Below, one piece after another: positions 1 through 7,800 of a stretch of 32,000 nucleotides of DNA (positions are counted from its first letter, which is position 1; every line of letters starts with the position of its first letter). Below the pieces are notes generated by a model. It saw only the letters and a list, made by a program, of their open reading frames with translations, was not told the DNA's origin and ran no database searches. This stretch comes from Geotalea uraniireducens Rf4 (lineage in GTDB: Bacteria; Desulfobacterota; Desulfuromonadia; Geobacterales; Geobacteraceae): positions 3,090,001 through 3,122,000 of the forward strand of contig NC_009483.1 of the NCBI RefSeq assembly GCF_000016745.1, in the 5' to 3' direction. Position numbers and translations under genes: made by a program.

Positions 1-129
1 TAAAGGTGATCGAGGATGGCGCGCGTAAGGGCATCGACAGCGCTTCCCCGGCGAAATTCTTCGCGACCTTCATCGGCCGGAGACGGCACCGCGGCAACAG
101 ACTTTTGCTTGGGTAGCTTGGTGTCCATG
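1..129 (-). CDS. 5' end of an unidentified protein (N-terminus MDTKLPKQKSVAAVPSPADEGREEFRRGSAVDALTRAILDHL...). It continues past the left edge. It may be an alpha-glucan phosphorylase N-terminus, but that is a weak guess.
   Basis: ATG at 127-129 is preceded by GGAAAGGA about 8 nt upstream. The frame stays open to position 1. It is too short for the ORF track. The ...AL.RAI.DHL pattern resembles phosphorylase N-termini only loosely. Confidence 0.35.
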
Positions 130-157
130 ATAGATCCTTTCCGGAAATAATGTACCG

Positions 158-274
158 TCAGAAAGAGCCCGGCATAGTTATTTGCTCGGTCAACCCCACG
201 TCGGTCCACCCGGTGAAGCGGTTCTCCCGGTTCCAGAGGCTCTCACTGTGACGCAGCAGCACGATTTTTTTCAT
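158..274 (-). pseudogene. Truncated remnant of a 2,3-bisphosphoglycerate-dependent phosphoglycerate mutase (gpmA-like); 38 codons then stop.
   Basis: Manual translation gives [38 protein letters not shown]. It matches the dPGM N-terminus (..[29 protein letters not shown]..) almost position for position. The catalytic RHG motif reads RHS, and the ORF ends after about 31 homologous residues. GGAGGA lies 6 nt upstream of the ATG. Confidence 0.6.
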
Positions 275-303
275 GACGCATCCTCCTCAACCTTTCCGAA
301 ACC

Positions 304-1794
304 TCACTTACCCGCCAGCGGACTTGCCGGCTGACCTGGTTTGTTCGCCTCGTTCGCGCCCGCCGGCGCAGGGACAGCGGCGGTCTGCCCGCCGGTCATC
401 CTGTCCGCCTCCGTCACCCAACCCCCTCCCATCGCCTTGTAGAGGTTGGCATAGGAGGTGAAGACCGATGCGCGCAGCTGGGCAAGGGTTAGTTCGGCGG
501 GAAAGAGTTGCTGCTGCGCACTGAGAACGGTGAGATAGGGCGCGTAGCCGCCGTCGTACTGGAGCTTGGCCAGTCGCTCGTATTCCCGGCTCGCCTTCAC
601 GAGCCGCTCCTGGGCCTGGATTTGCCCGGCAAGCTTCTCGCGGATGATCAGCGCATTTTCCACATCGGCAAATGCGCTCTGAATCGCCGCCTCGTAGCTG
701 ATGAGCGCGGCATCCTGCCCCGCCTCAGACTGATGCACCTGGCCGGAGATCGCTCCGGCGGTGAAGATCGGCCCGGTGAACGACCCGGCAAAGCTCCAGG
801 CCCGGGACGGACCCCGGAAGAGCTTGGAAAGGTCTTCGCTCTCATAGCCGTAGCTGCCGGTCAGGCTGATGGTCGGGAAATAGAGGGCCTTGGCCGCTCC
901 GATCAAGGCATTGGCGGCGATCAGGTTCTGTTCTGCCTGGGCGATATCCGGACGGCGTTCCAGGAGCTGTGACGGGAGGCCGGCCGGAACGGCGGGAAAC
1001 ACCAGTTCGTAGATCGTCTTACCCCGCGCGATCGGTCCCGGGTTGCGGCCAAGGAGAATAGACAGGGCATTCTCCAGTTGCACGATCTGCGATTCGAGCT
1101 GCGGGATGGTCGAGGCCGCGGTCTCGTACTGGGTGCGGGCCTGCTCGACGTTCAACTGGGATATCTGGCCATACTGGAACTGCAGCTCGAAGAGCTTGAC
1201 CGATTCGGCGTAGGCGGAGAGATTGCGTTTGGCGATTACCAGCTGCTCGTCGAGGCCGCGCAGTTGCAGATAATCGCCCGCCACCGAGGCGACCAGGGAG
1301 AGTATCACGCCGCGGCGCGCCTCCAGGGAGGCGAACATGCTTGCGCGGGCCGATTCCGAGAGCCGCCTGACGCGGCCCCACAGGTCGAGCTCCCAGGTGA
1401 CACCGCCAAACAACTGCAGCGAATTGAAGGGGTTTGAGACGCCGTCCGGGAAAGGTGTGGCATTGGTTTCGCTGACTCGCTGGCGGGAGGCACTGCCGGC
1501 ATAGCTGACCTGGGGAAAGAGTGGCGCGCGGGTCTGGGTGAGCACGCCGGCAGCCTGCTCGATGTTGGCCGCGGCGATCTTCACGCTCTTGTTGTTGGCG
1601 AGCGCTTCGGCGATGAGCCCGTCGAGCACCGGGTCCTGGAACTGCTGCCACCATGGGGTATTCACGGTATCCCGGGCATCCTTGTCTTCATATTGGAAGG
1701 ACTGCGGTATGTCCACGACCGGCCGACGGTAGTCCGGGCCCATCATGCAGCCGGTCAGGGAGGCGGCAAGTGCCAGCATAAAGAGTCGGCGCAT
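304..1794 (-). CDS. RND efflux outer-membrane factor lipoprotein (NodT/OprM family).
   Basis: The signal peptide plus lipobox reads MRRLFMLALAASLTGC. The protein has two OEP-type helical repeats and is about 496 aa. I prefer the ATG at 1792-1794, 1 nt after the pump stop (TGATATG) with AAGGGGG upstream. The ORF track's GTG at 1803 is the alternative. Confidence 0.9.
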   Translation of the reverse strand: MRRLFMLALAASLTGCMMGPDYRRPVVDIPQSFQYEDKDARDTVNTPWWQQFQDPVLDGLIAEALANNKSVKIAAANIEQAAGVLTQTRAPLFPQVSYAGSASRQRVSETNATPFPDGVSNPFNSLQLFGGVTWELDLWGRVRRLSESARASMFASLEARRGVILSLVASVAGDYLQLRGLDEQLVIAKRNLSAYAESVKLFELQFQYGQISQLNVEQARTQYETAASTIPQLESQIVQLENALSILLGRNPGPIARGKTIYELVFPAVPAGLPSQLLERRPDIAQAEQNLIAANALIGAAKALYFPTISLTGSYGYESEDLSKLFRGPSRAWSFAGSFTGPIFTAGAISGQVHQSEAGQDAALISYEAAIQSAFADVENALIIREKLAGQIQAQERLVKASREYERLAKLQYDGGYAPYLTVLSAQQQLFPAELTLAQLRASVFTSYANLYKAMGGGWVTEADRMTGGQTAAVPAPAGANEANKPGQPASPLAGK

Positions 1795-1795
1795 A

Positions 1796-4700
1796 TCAGT
1801 CACCCCCTTCCTGTGCAGGTCCGAGGCTCTCCGGAGGACTCTCGCCTGGAGGCGTATCGGCCGGGCGTGTTTCGGTAGCGCCCTTCTTTTTCTTCTTCCG
1901 CTCGGCGAGCCGGTCGAAAATGTAGAAGAAGAGCGGCACGTAGAGCATTGCCAGGGTGGCCTCGCCGATCATCCCCCCCATGATGCCGGTGCCGATGGAG
2001 TGGCGGGCGTTGGCGCCAGCGCCGGTGGCGATGGCGAGCGGCAGCACGCCGAAGATGAACGCCAGCGAGGTCATGATGATTGGCCGGAACCGCTCCTCGC
2101 CGGACCTGACCGTGGCGTCCATGATCGACAGCCCCTGCTCGCGAAGCTCCACGGCGAAGGTGACCCGCAGGACCGCGTTTTTCGCCCCCAGGCCGATCAA
2201 CACCAGGAGGCCGATCTGGAAGTAGACATCATTACTGAGGCCGCGCATCCAGTTGAACGTCAGAGCGCCGAGGATACCGAACGGTACCGCCGTCATGACG
2301 GAACCGGGGAGGGTCCACGACTCGAACTGGGCGGACAGGAGGAGGAAGACGATGATGAGGCCGAAGGCAAAGGCGGCGGTGGAGGTCCCCCCCGATTTCT
2401 TTTCCTCGTAGGCCATGCCCGACCAATCGAAGCCATAGCCTGAGGGAAGGACTTCGCGCGCCACCGCCTCCATTGTCTTGATTGCCTCTCCCGAACTGAA
2501 CCCCGCTGAGGCATTGCCGGTCACCTGGGCGGCCGGAAAGCCGTTGAAATGTGGTATCAGGTCGGGGTTGCTGACGTAAGTGGTCGTCACCACGGCGGAC
2601 AATGGCACCATCTGGCCATTGGTTGACCTCGTGTAGAGCCGGGTGATGTCAGCCGGGGTCCGGCGGTACGGGGCATCTGACTGGAGAATGACATTCCAGA
2701 CGCGGCTGTACTGGTTGTACTGGCTGACCTGGATCGAGCCGAACTGGGCCTGCAGGGCGCTGTAGACGTCAGCCACCGGGACGCCGAGGAGCACCGCCTT
2801 GGAGCGGTCGACATCAGCCCGCAACTGCTGTGAGGCAGCGCGGAAGGTGGTGTTCAGTCCGGTAAGCTCGGGGCGCTGGCGGGCCTTGGCGAGAAACTGC
2901 TGGGTGAGTTCGGAAAGGCGCGCCGGGTCCCCGGCACCCTTGTCCTGGATCCAGAACTCGAAGCCCCCGGTAGTGCCGATCCCCGGGATTGCCGGCGGCG
3001 CGATCGGGATGGTTATCCCATCCTTGATGCCCCGTGCTTCACCACCTATTGCTTTCAGGACGGCGCTGGCGTTCTCCTTGCGGGCGCGTTCCTTGGAGGA
3101 ATAGCGCTCCTCGAAATCTTTGAGCGTCACGAAGAAGGTCGTCACATTCGGCTTGTACTGGCTGTCGATCAGGCTGTACCCGTTGATTTGCGTTCGGTTC
3201 GCCACGGCCGGGTTTTTGGCGAACAGGGCGTCCACCTTGCCGGCCATCTGCGTCGTGCGGTTCAGGCTGGCCGCGTCGGGCATCAGGATTTGCGTGAAAA
3301 GGTACCCCTGGTCCTCGTTCGGCACGAAACTCGTCGGGATCGTCCGGAACAGGTGCACGAGCGCCCAGATCATGACGGCGAGCAGCACGAACGCCACTGG
3401 CATCCGCTTGATCATGAGGACCACGGCGTCGCCGAATTTCAGGGTAAAGCGGTCGAACATCCGGTTGAACCAGGCGAAGGGGCCTTTCTGTGGGGGGGTG
3501 CTGTGTTTCAGCAGGAACCCGCACATGGCCGGGGTCAGCGTGAGCGCCACAAACCCGGAAAGGGCCACGGAAACGACGATGGTGATTGCGAACTGCTTGT
3601 AGAGCTGACCGGTGGTGCCGGGAAGGAAGGCCGCCGGGATGAAGACCGATGCCATGACCAGCACCACCGCGACAAGGGAGGTGCTGATCTGCTCCATGGC
3701 CTTGATGGTGGCCTCCTTGGGAGAGAGATGTTCCTTCACCATCTTGGCTTCCACGTTCTCCACGACGACAATCGCATCGTCGACCACCATGCCGATCGCC
3801 AGCACAATGCCGAACAGCGTCAGCAGGTTGATGGAGAACCCCATGGCGAGCATGCCGGCGAAAGTGCCGATCAGCGAGACGAAAACCGCGACCGTGCAGA
3901 TGATCGTGGACCGAAAGCTCTGCAGGAAGAGGTAGACAACGAGTATCACCAGTATGATCGCTTCGAACAGGGTCTGGATCACCTCTTTGATGGAGAGCCG
4001 CACGAAATCGGTCGTATCCAGGGAAATAGTGTATTCGATGCCTTCGGGGAGGGTCTTCTTCAGGTCCGCCATGACCTTCCGGACCCCCTTCGACACTTCG
4101 AGGCCGTTGGCGCCGGCCTGCTGGTAGACGATAATGGGCGTCGCCGGAAACCCATTGAGCCGGTTGTCGTCGATATATGACCGGCGGCCGGTTTCGGCGC
4201 GAGCCACGTCTCTGACGCGGACGATGGCGCTGCTGTCCTGGCTGGCGCGGAGGATGATGTTCTCGTACTCCGAGGGCTTGATGAACGGGGCCTGGGTCAC
4301 GACCGGAAAGGTCATCTGCACCTTACCGTCATTCGGTTGGGAACCCACCTGGCCGGCCCCGAACAGGGCGTTCTGATTCGCTACCGCAGTCTGGATGTCG
4401 CTCGTCGTGATGCCGAGGGAGGCCATCCGGTCCGGGTTCATCCAGATCCGCATCGCCTGGTCCGGCACGCCGAAGATCTGCGCCTGGCCGGCCCCGTTAA
4501 CCCGCTTGATGGCGTCGAGTACGTACACGTTGGTATAGTTGGTCACGTATTCAGGCTTATAGCGGCCATCCTTGTTGAACAACGTGATGATCATCAGGGG
4601 GCTGGACGATTTTTTCTGCACCGAGACGCCGTACTGCTTCACCGCGTCGGGAAGCTGCGGCATGGCCAGGTTCACCCGGTTCTGCACATCCACCTGGGCG

Positions 4701-5008
4701 ATGTCGGGGTTGGTATTGAGAGAAAAGAAGACCGTTATGGTCATCTGTCCGGTATTGGAACTCGTCGACGTCATGTAGAGCAGGTTGTCAGCGCCGTTTA
4801 TCTGCGCCTCGATGGGTGCCGCGACCGAGTCGCCGACCGTTTTCGAGTCGGCGCCGGGATAGGTGGTCGTTACCTGGATCTGCACCGGCGTAATCGTCGG
4901 GTACTGGGCGACCGGAAGGGCCTTCATCGCCACGAGACCGGCAATCACGATGATGAGCGAGATGACGGTGGCAAAGATCGGCCGTTCGATGAAGAATTTT
5001 GAAAACAT
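1796..5008 (-). CDS. RND multidrug efflux permease, HAE1 (AcrB/MexB-like) family.
   Basis: The 1070-aa product starts with the typical N-terminus MFSKFFIERPIFATVISLIIVIAGL. It has a 12-TM architecture with two large periplasmic loops. GAGGAGGGG SD lies upstream of the ATG. Confidence 0.95.
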   Translation of the reverse strand: MFSKFFIERPIFATVISLIIVIAGLVAMKALPVAQYPTITPVQIQVTTTYPGADSKTVGDSVAAPIEAQINGADNLLYMTSTSSNTGQMTITVFFSLNTNPDIAQVDVQNRVNLAMPQLPDAVKQYGVSVQKKSSSPLMIITLFNKDGRYKPEYVTNYTNVYVLDAIKRVNGAGQAQIFGVPDQAMRIWMNPDRMASLGITTSDIQTAVANQNALFGAGQVGSQPNDGKVQMTFPVVTQAPFIKPSEYENIILRASQDSSAIVRVRDVARAETGRRSYIDDNRLNGFPATPIIVYQQAGANGLEVSKGVRKVMADLKKTLPEGIEYTISLDTTDFVRLSIKEVIQTLFEAIILVILVVYLFLQSFRSTIICTVAVFVSLIGTFAGMLAMGFSINLLTLFGIVLAIGMVVDDAIVVVENVEAKMVKEHLSPKEATIKAMEQISTSLVAVVLVMASVFIPAAFLPGTTGQLYKQFAITIVVSVALSGFVALTLTPAMCGFLLKHSTPPQKGPFAWFNRMFDRFTLKFGDAVVLMIKRMPVAFVLLAVMIWALVHLFRTIPTSFVPNEDQGYLFTQILMPDAASLNRTTQMAGKVDALFAKNPAVANRTQINGYSLIDSQYKPNVTTFFVTLKDFEERYSSKERARKENASAVLKAIGGEARGIKDGITIPIAPPAIPGIGTTGGFEFWIQDKGAGDPARLSELTQQFLAKARQRPELTGLNTTFRAASQQLRADVDRSKAVLLGVPVADVYSALQAQFGSIQVSQYNQYSRVWNVILQSDAPYRRTPADITRLYTRSTNGQMVPLSAVVTTTYVSNPDLIPHFNGFPAAQVTGNASAGFSSGEAIKTMEAVAREVLPSGYGFDWSGMAYEEKKSGGTSTAAFAFGLIIVFLLLSAQFESWTLPGSVMTAVPFGILGALTFNWMRGLSNDVYFQIGLLVLIGLGAKNAVLRVTFAVELREQGLSIMDATVRSGEERFRPIIMTSLAFIFGVLPLAIATGAGANARHSIGTGIMGGMIGEATLAMLYVPLFFYIFDRLAERKKKKKGATETRPADTPPGESPPESLGPAQEGGD

Positions 5009-5023
5009 GGCGCCCCTCCTCTG

Positions 5024-6256
5024 TCAGTCGGCCTTCTTCGCCGGGATGGGTTTCGGCTCCGTGGCCTTGCGCGGCCCGGCTTCGGGCGGAGCTTCAGGGG
5101 ACTTCACCGTCACGACCACGTCGGGCCGCAGGGCAAGGCCGCCGTCGACAACCACCCTGTCGCCGGGCCGCAGCCCCTCGGTGATGAACCAGTCGTCCCC
5201 CATCAGGTCGCCGACCACTACCGGTCGGGATTCCGCCTTGCGCTCCTTGTTCACGACCCAGACAAAGTGCCCCTTGGCACCCTGCTGCACCGCCCGCTGA
5301 GGAATGGTGATCGCCTTCGGCCTGATGGCCCCCTTCATGCGGGCACGCACATACTGGTTCGGGCGGAGTATCCCCTTGGGGTTGGCGACGCTGGCGCGGA
5401 TGAGGAACGTTCCGGTCTTCGCATCGAACGACGGCGCCGCAAAGGTAATCCGGCCGGTATGCGGAAAGATGGACCCGTCAACCAGGACAACCTCGATATC
5501 GTAGTTGTCGTACCTGGGGGAGCGGATCTCACCCTTGGCGACCTGATCGCGGTATCTCTTCAACTCGTTCTCGGAAATGCTGAAATTTACCCAGATGGGA
5601 GAGAGTACCGCCACGGTGGTGAGCTGGCTGTTCATTGCATTGATGTAGGCGCCGTCCTGCTGTATGGCGGCACCGGTGATGCCGGTCGTGGGGGAGGCGA
5701 TGGTGCAGTAGGAGAGATTGAGCTGCTGGGTCTGCAAATCGGCCTTGGCCTGCTCCACGGCTGCCGCTGCCGACTCGAACGCACCGGTAGCATCGTCCAG
5801 GTCCTTCTGGGACAGCGCATTTTGGGCGGTGAGCGGCTTGGTGCGCTCCAGGTTCAGGCGGGCCGTTTCCATAGCCGCTTTCTGCCGGGCCAGCGCCGCT
5901 GCCGCGCCATCCAGCTGCGCCTGAAACGGTTTCTTGTCCATGAGGAAGAGGATATCCCCCGCCTTTACGATGGCGCCCTCGGTATAGACACGTTTATCGA
6001 GAAAGCCGCTCACCCTGGCCTGAATGTTGACCTGTCGCGAACTCTGGGTCTGCGCGACATATTCGAAGGTAATCGGCGTGTCCTTCGCGACGACTTCGGT
6101 CACTGTTACCGTCGGCGGCGGTGGCGCGGCCGCCTGTTCTTTCTTGTGGCAGCCGCCGGCCAGCAATGCGGCAAGACATAGGGCAGCGACTGTAAAAACC
6201 CGTACCCCGGCTTTGACCGACCACAACGTAACCCGAAAGTTCCTGACCCTTTTCAT
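5024..6256 (-). CDS. RND efflux periplasmic adaptor (membrane fusion protein, AcrA/HlyD_D23-like), lipoprotein.
   Basis: I chose the internal ATG at 6254-6256, which is preceded by GGGGGG. This gives the N-terminus MKRVRNF...LLAGGC with a lipobox. A lipoyl-like motif (VSGFLDKRVYTEGAIVKAGDILFLMD) and a coiled-coil hairpin are present. The 32-codon upstream extension in the ORF track has no signal-peptide logic. Confidence 0.9.
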   Translation of the reverse strand: MKRVRNFRVTLWSVKAGVRVFTVAALCLAALLAGGCHKKEQAAAPPPPTVTVTEVVAKDTPITFEYVAQTQSSRQVNIQARVSGFLDKRVYTEGAIVKAGDILFLMDKKPFQAQLDGAAAALARQKAAMETARLNLERTKPLTAQNALSQKDLDDATGAFESAAAAVEQAKADLQTQQLNLSYCTIASPTTGITGAAIQQDGAYINAMNSQLTTVAVLSPIWVNFSISENELKRYRDQVAKGEIRSPRYDNYDIEVVLVDGSIFPHTGRITFAAPSFDAKTGTFLIRASVANPKGILRPNQYVRARMKGAIRPKAITIPQRAVQQGAKGHFVWVVNKERKAESRPVVVGDLMGDDWFITEGLRPGDRVVVDGGLALRPDVVVTVKSPEAPPEAGPRKATEPKPIPAKKAD

Positions 6257-6440
6257 GTTACCCCCCGTGATCCGGCAAAGATCGATGAACGGTCTTTTCC
6301 GTGCCGTGTGTACATGGCGTGGCTTCACATTCACATACCTTTCCAGAAACATGCCATTGCCCGGTCATCCCCCTGGAGCTTGAACCGATTGATATTAAAG
6401 GGATATTCTCAACCCGGCGGTGGCATGGAAGGCGGCAATG

Positions 6441-6485
6441 TTCAAACGAAGACGACATATCATCCGGAAGACGACATTTCGTCTC
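6441..6485. repeat. Copy A of a recurring intergenic element (ttcaaacGAAGACGACATATCATCcgGAAGACGACAtttcgtctc).
   Basis: It contains two direct GAAGACGACAT units and an inverted arm (GAGACGA/TCGTCTC). 22 of 25 aligned positions match copy B at 13428. It lies about 190-230 nt upstream of the adaptor gene start. Confidence 0.45.
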
Positions 6486-6705
6486 AGCGGGATCGAGGTT
6501 TCGATTCATACCGCTGAAGCTTCACATCCTCCCCCTGTAAAGGAGGACAAAGAAGATTAGAATGAGGATCGAAGCCAGATGCGACTCGATGAAGGAGGAG
6601 AGAAAAAAAAAGGAGCAACAGGGAAAGGAGGAGCACGGAGAGCCCGCGGTCACACCACCAGAATTCTGCGAACCCTTTCAGACTGTTACGCGGTGATAAT
6701 TTCAT
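6484..6705 (-). CDS. Hypothetical small single-pass membrane protein (73 aa); coding status uncertain.
   Basis: ATG is preceded by GGGAG. There is one hydrophobic stretch (GLSVLLLSLLLLFFSLLL). Many codons are A/T-ending, unlike the neighbouring genes, and the ORF sits in a pyrimidine-rich tract, so it may be non-coding. Confidence 0.3.
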   Translation of the reverse strand: MKLSPRNSLKGFAEFWWCDRGLSVLLLSLLLLFFSLLLHRVASGFDPHSNLLCPPLQGEDVKLQRYESKPRSR

Positions 6706-6786
6706 GGCGCTCCCGGGAGCGTGCTCCCCTGATCAGCCGCCTTTGCAGCCGCAGGCTCCTTCTGAAGCTCGCCGGGCAACGTCGCT

Positions 6787-7743
6787 CTATTCGACTTTCC
6801 GCCAGCTCTTGTCCGGGTCGTAAAGCTTCATCGCCGCCGCGACCTTGGCGCTGTTCCTGCCCAGGTTTTTCTGGTAGACGACGCCATCATGGTTCACGAT
6901 GAAGGTCATGATGCCGGATGCCCCGTACTGCGCCGGGTAAGCTACAAGGGCAAAGCCGAGGATCATGTGGCCGTTCACCACGTAGTTGAAGGCACCGCCA
7001 TCGGCATTACTCTCCTGCGCCTTAAGTATCCTGAAGTAATAGCCATGGAATGGGACCGGTTTATCGTCCTTGCCCTTGGTATACCCCTCCCGGGCTGCCT
7101 GGGCTATGAGTGGGCCGAGTGGGCTTTCCTCTTCGCCTTCCTGCGTCTTCCAGTAGAGACCGTCCTGTTTGCCCGGGGTGCTGAGGAATTTCTGGGCGAA
7201 TTCCAGCACTTCGACGCCGCCCCGCTCGTTGAACGCATACTCGCGCTGGGCATCCACATATGCATGGGCAACGTCGATTGCCTTCAGTTCGTTCCGGCCG
7301 ATCCGCCGGCTGAGGATCTCTTCCTTCCCCGCCCTGGTGTCGAAGAGCCAGGCATTACCCCGTTTCACAACCGGGATCGGCACAGGATAATCCTGGTTGC
7401 CGATAGAAAGAACCGCCTTATCCGGCTTTTCCAGCTCGATCCGGTTCTTTTCCTCATAGAGCCTCACAAACTCGGCCCTGCCGGCCCGGTCCGCTACCCT
7501 GTCGCCCGACGAGATGAGGGACTGGGAACCGGGGCCGAGGACGGTTGCCAGCCCCTTGTCATCGTTACCCTTCAAGGCGGCAATGAGGTTGTGCACCGCC
7601 TTCTCCGGTGAAGCGAAGGACTTCTGTTTGTTCCCCGCAGACGCTGCCAGGGCTGACACTCCCAAAACCAGGATCAGCAACATGGCCGACAGTATGAGCA
7701 GGCAGCGTGAAAGATTGTCTTTGCAGTATTTCATTACCGTCAT
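6787..7743 (-). CDS. Secreted DUF2950-like protein.
   Basis: It has a signal/anchor segment (LLILSAMLLILVLGVSALAA). The motifs FASPEKAVHNLIAALKGND... and ...YGASGIMTFIVNHDGVVYQKNLG match my recollection of DUF2950. The family name was not database-checked. Confidence 0.8.
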   Translation of the reverse strand: MTVMKYCKDNLSRCLLILSAMLLILVLGVSALAASAGNKQKSFASPEKAVHNLIAALKGNDDKGLATVLGPGSQSLISSGDRVADRAGRAEFVRLYEEKNRIELEKPDKAVLSIGNQDYPVPIPVVKRGNAWLFDTRAGKEEILSRRIGRNELKAIDVAHAYVDAQREYAFNERGGVEVLEFAQKFLSTPGKQDGLYWKTQEGEEESPLGPLIAQAAREGYTKGKDDKPVPFHGYYFRILKAQESNADGGAFNYVVNGHMILGFALVAYPAQYGASGIMTFIVNHDGVVYQKNLGRNSAKVAAAMKLYDPDKSWRKVE

Positions 7744-7800
7744 GGTGTTCCCCCGTCTTTGGGCTACTGCCGGATGTCGCCTTCGGCCTTCCGATTGCGG

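Noticed and set aside
158-274. Possibility that the gpmA remnant continues by frameshift into the ORF starting at 129 (shared ..L.RAI..L motif).
   Set aside because: The intervening 50 or so residues in the open +2 frame show no similarity to dPGM, and the spacing to the RAI motif is about 25 residues too long. I treat the resemblance as coincidental.
3188-4180. Long plus-strand ORFs of 200-330 aa, here and at 1745-2443, 4337-5002, 5267-6181, 6889-7611, 19515-20312 and 20322-21134.
   Set aside because: Each lies antisense to a minus-strand gene with clear family motifs. The translations are Arg/Gly/His-rich low-complexity with no recognisable motifs and no ribosome-binding sites. They are typical shadow ORFs in GC-rich coding DNA.
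5024-6352. N-terminally extended versions of several ORF-track calls: 5024-6352, 9094-9795, 9854-10792, 13786-14391, 22682-23920 and 30609-31610.
   Set aside because: Internal starts give proper signal peptides or lipoboxes or typical N-termini, and are preceded by strong SD sequences. The extensions overlap upstream genes or lack any SD.
6340-6357. TGGCAT-type -24 look-alikes on the minus strand upstream of the adaptor gene, and similar ones near 9768, 11061 and 14440.
   Set aside because: At the required spacing the -12 position reads TGGA, ACGT, CCCT or TCGT, so the invariant GC is missing.
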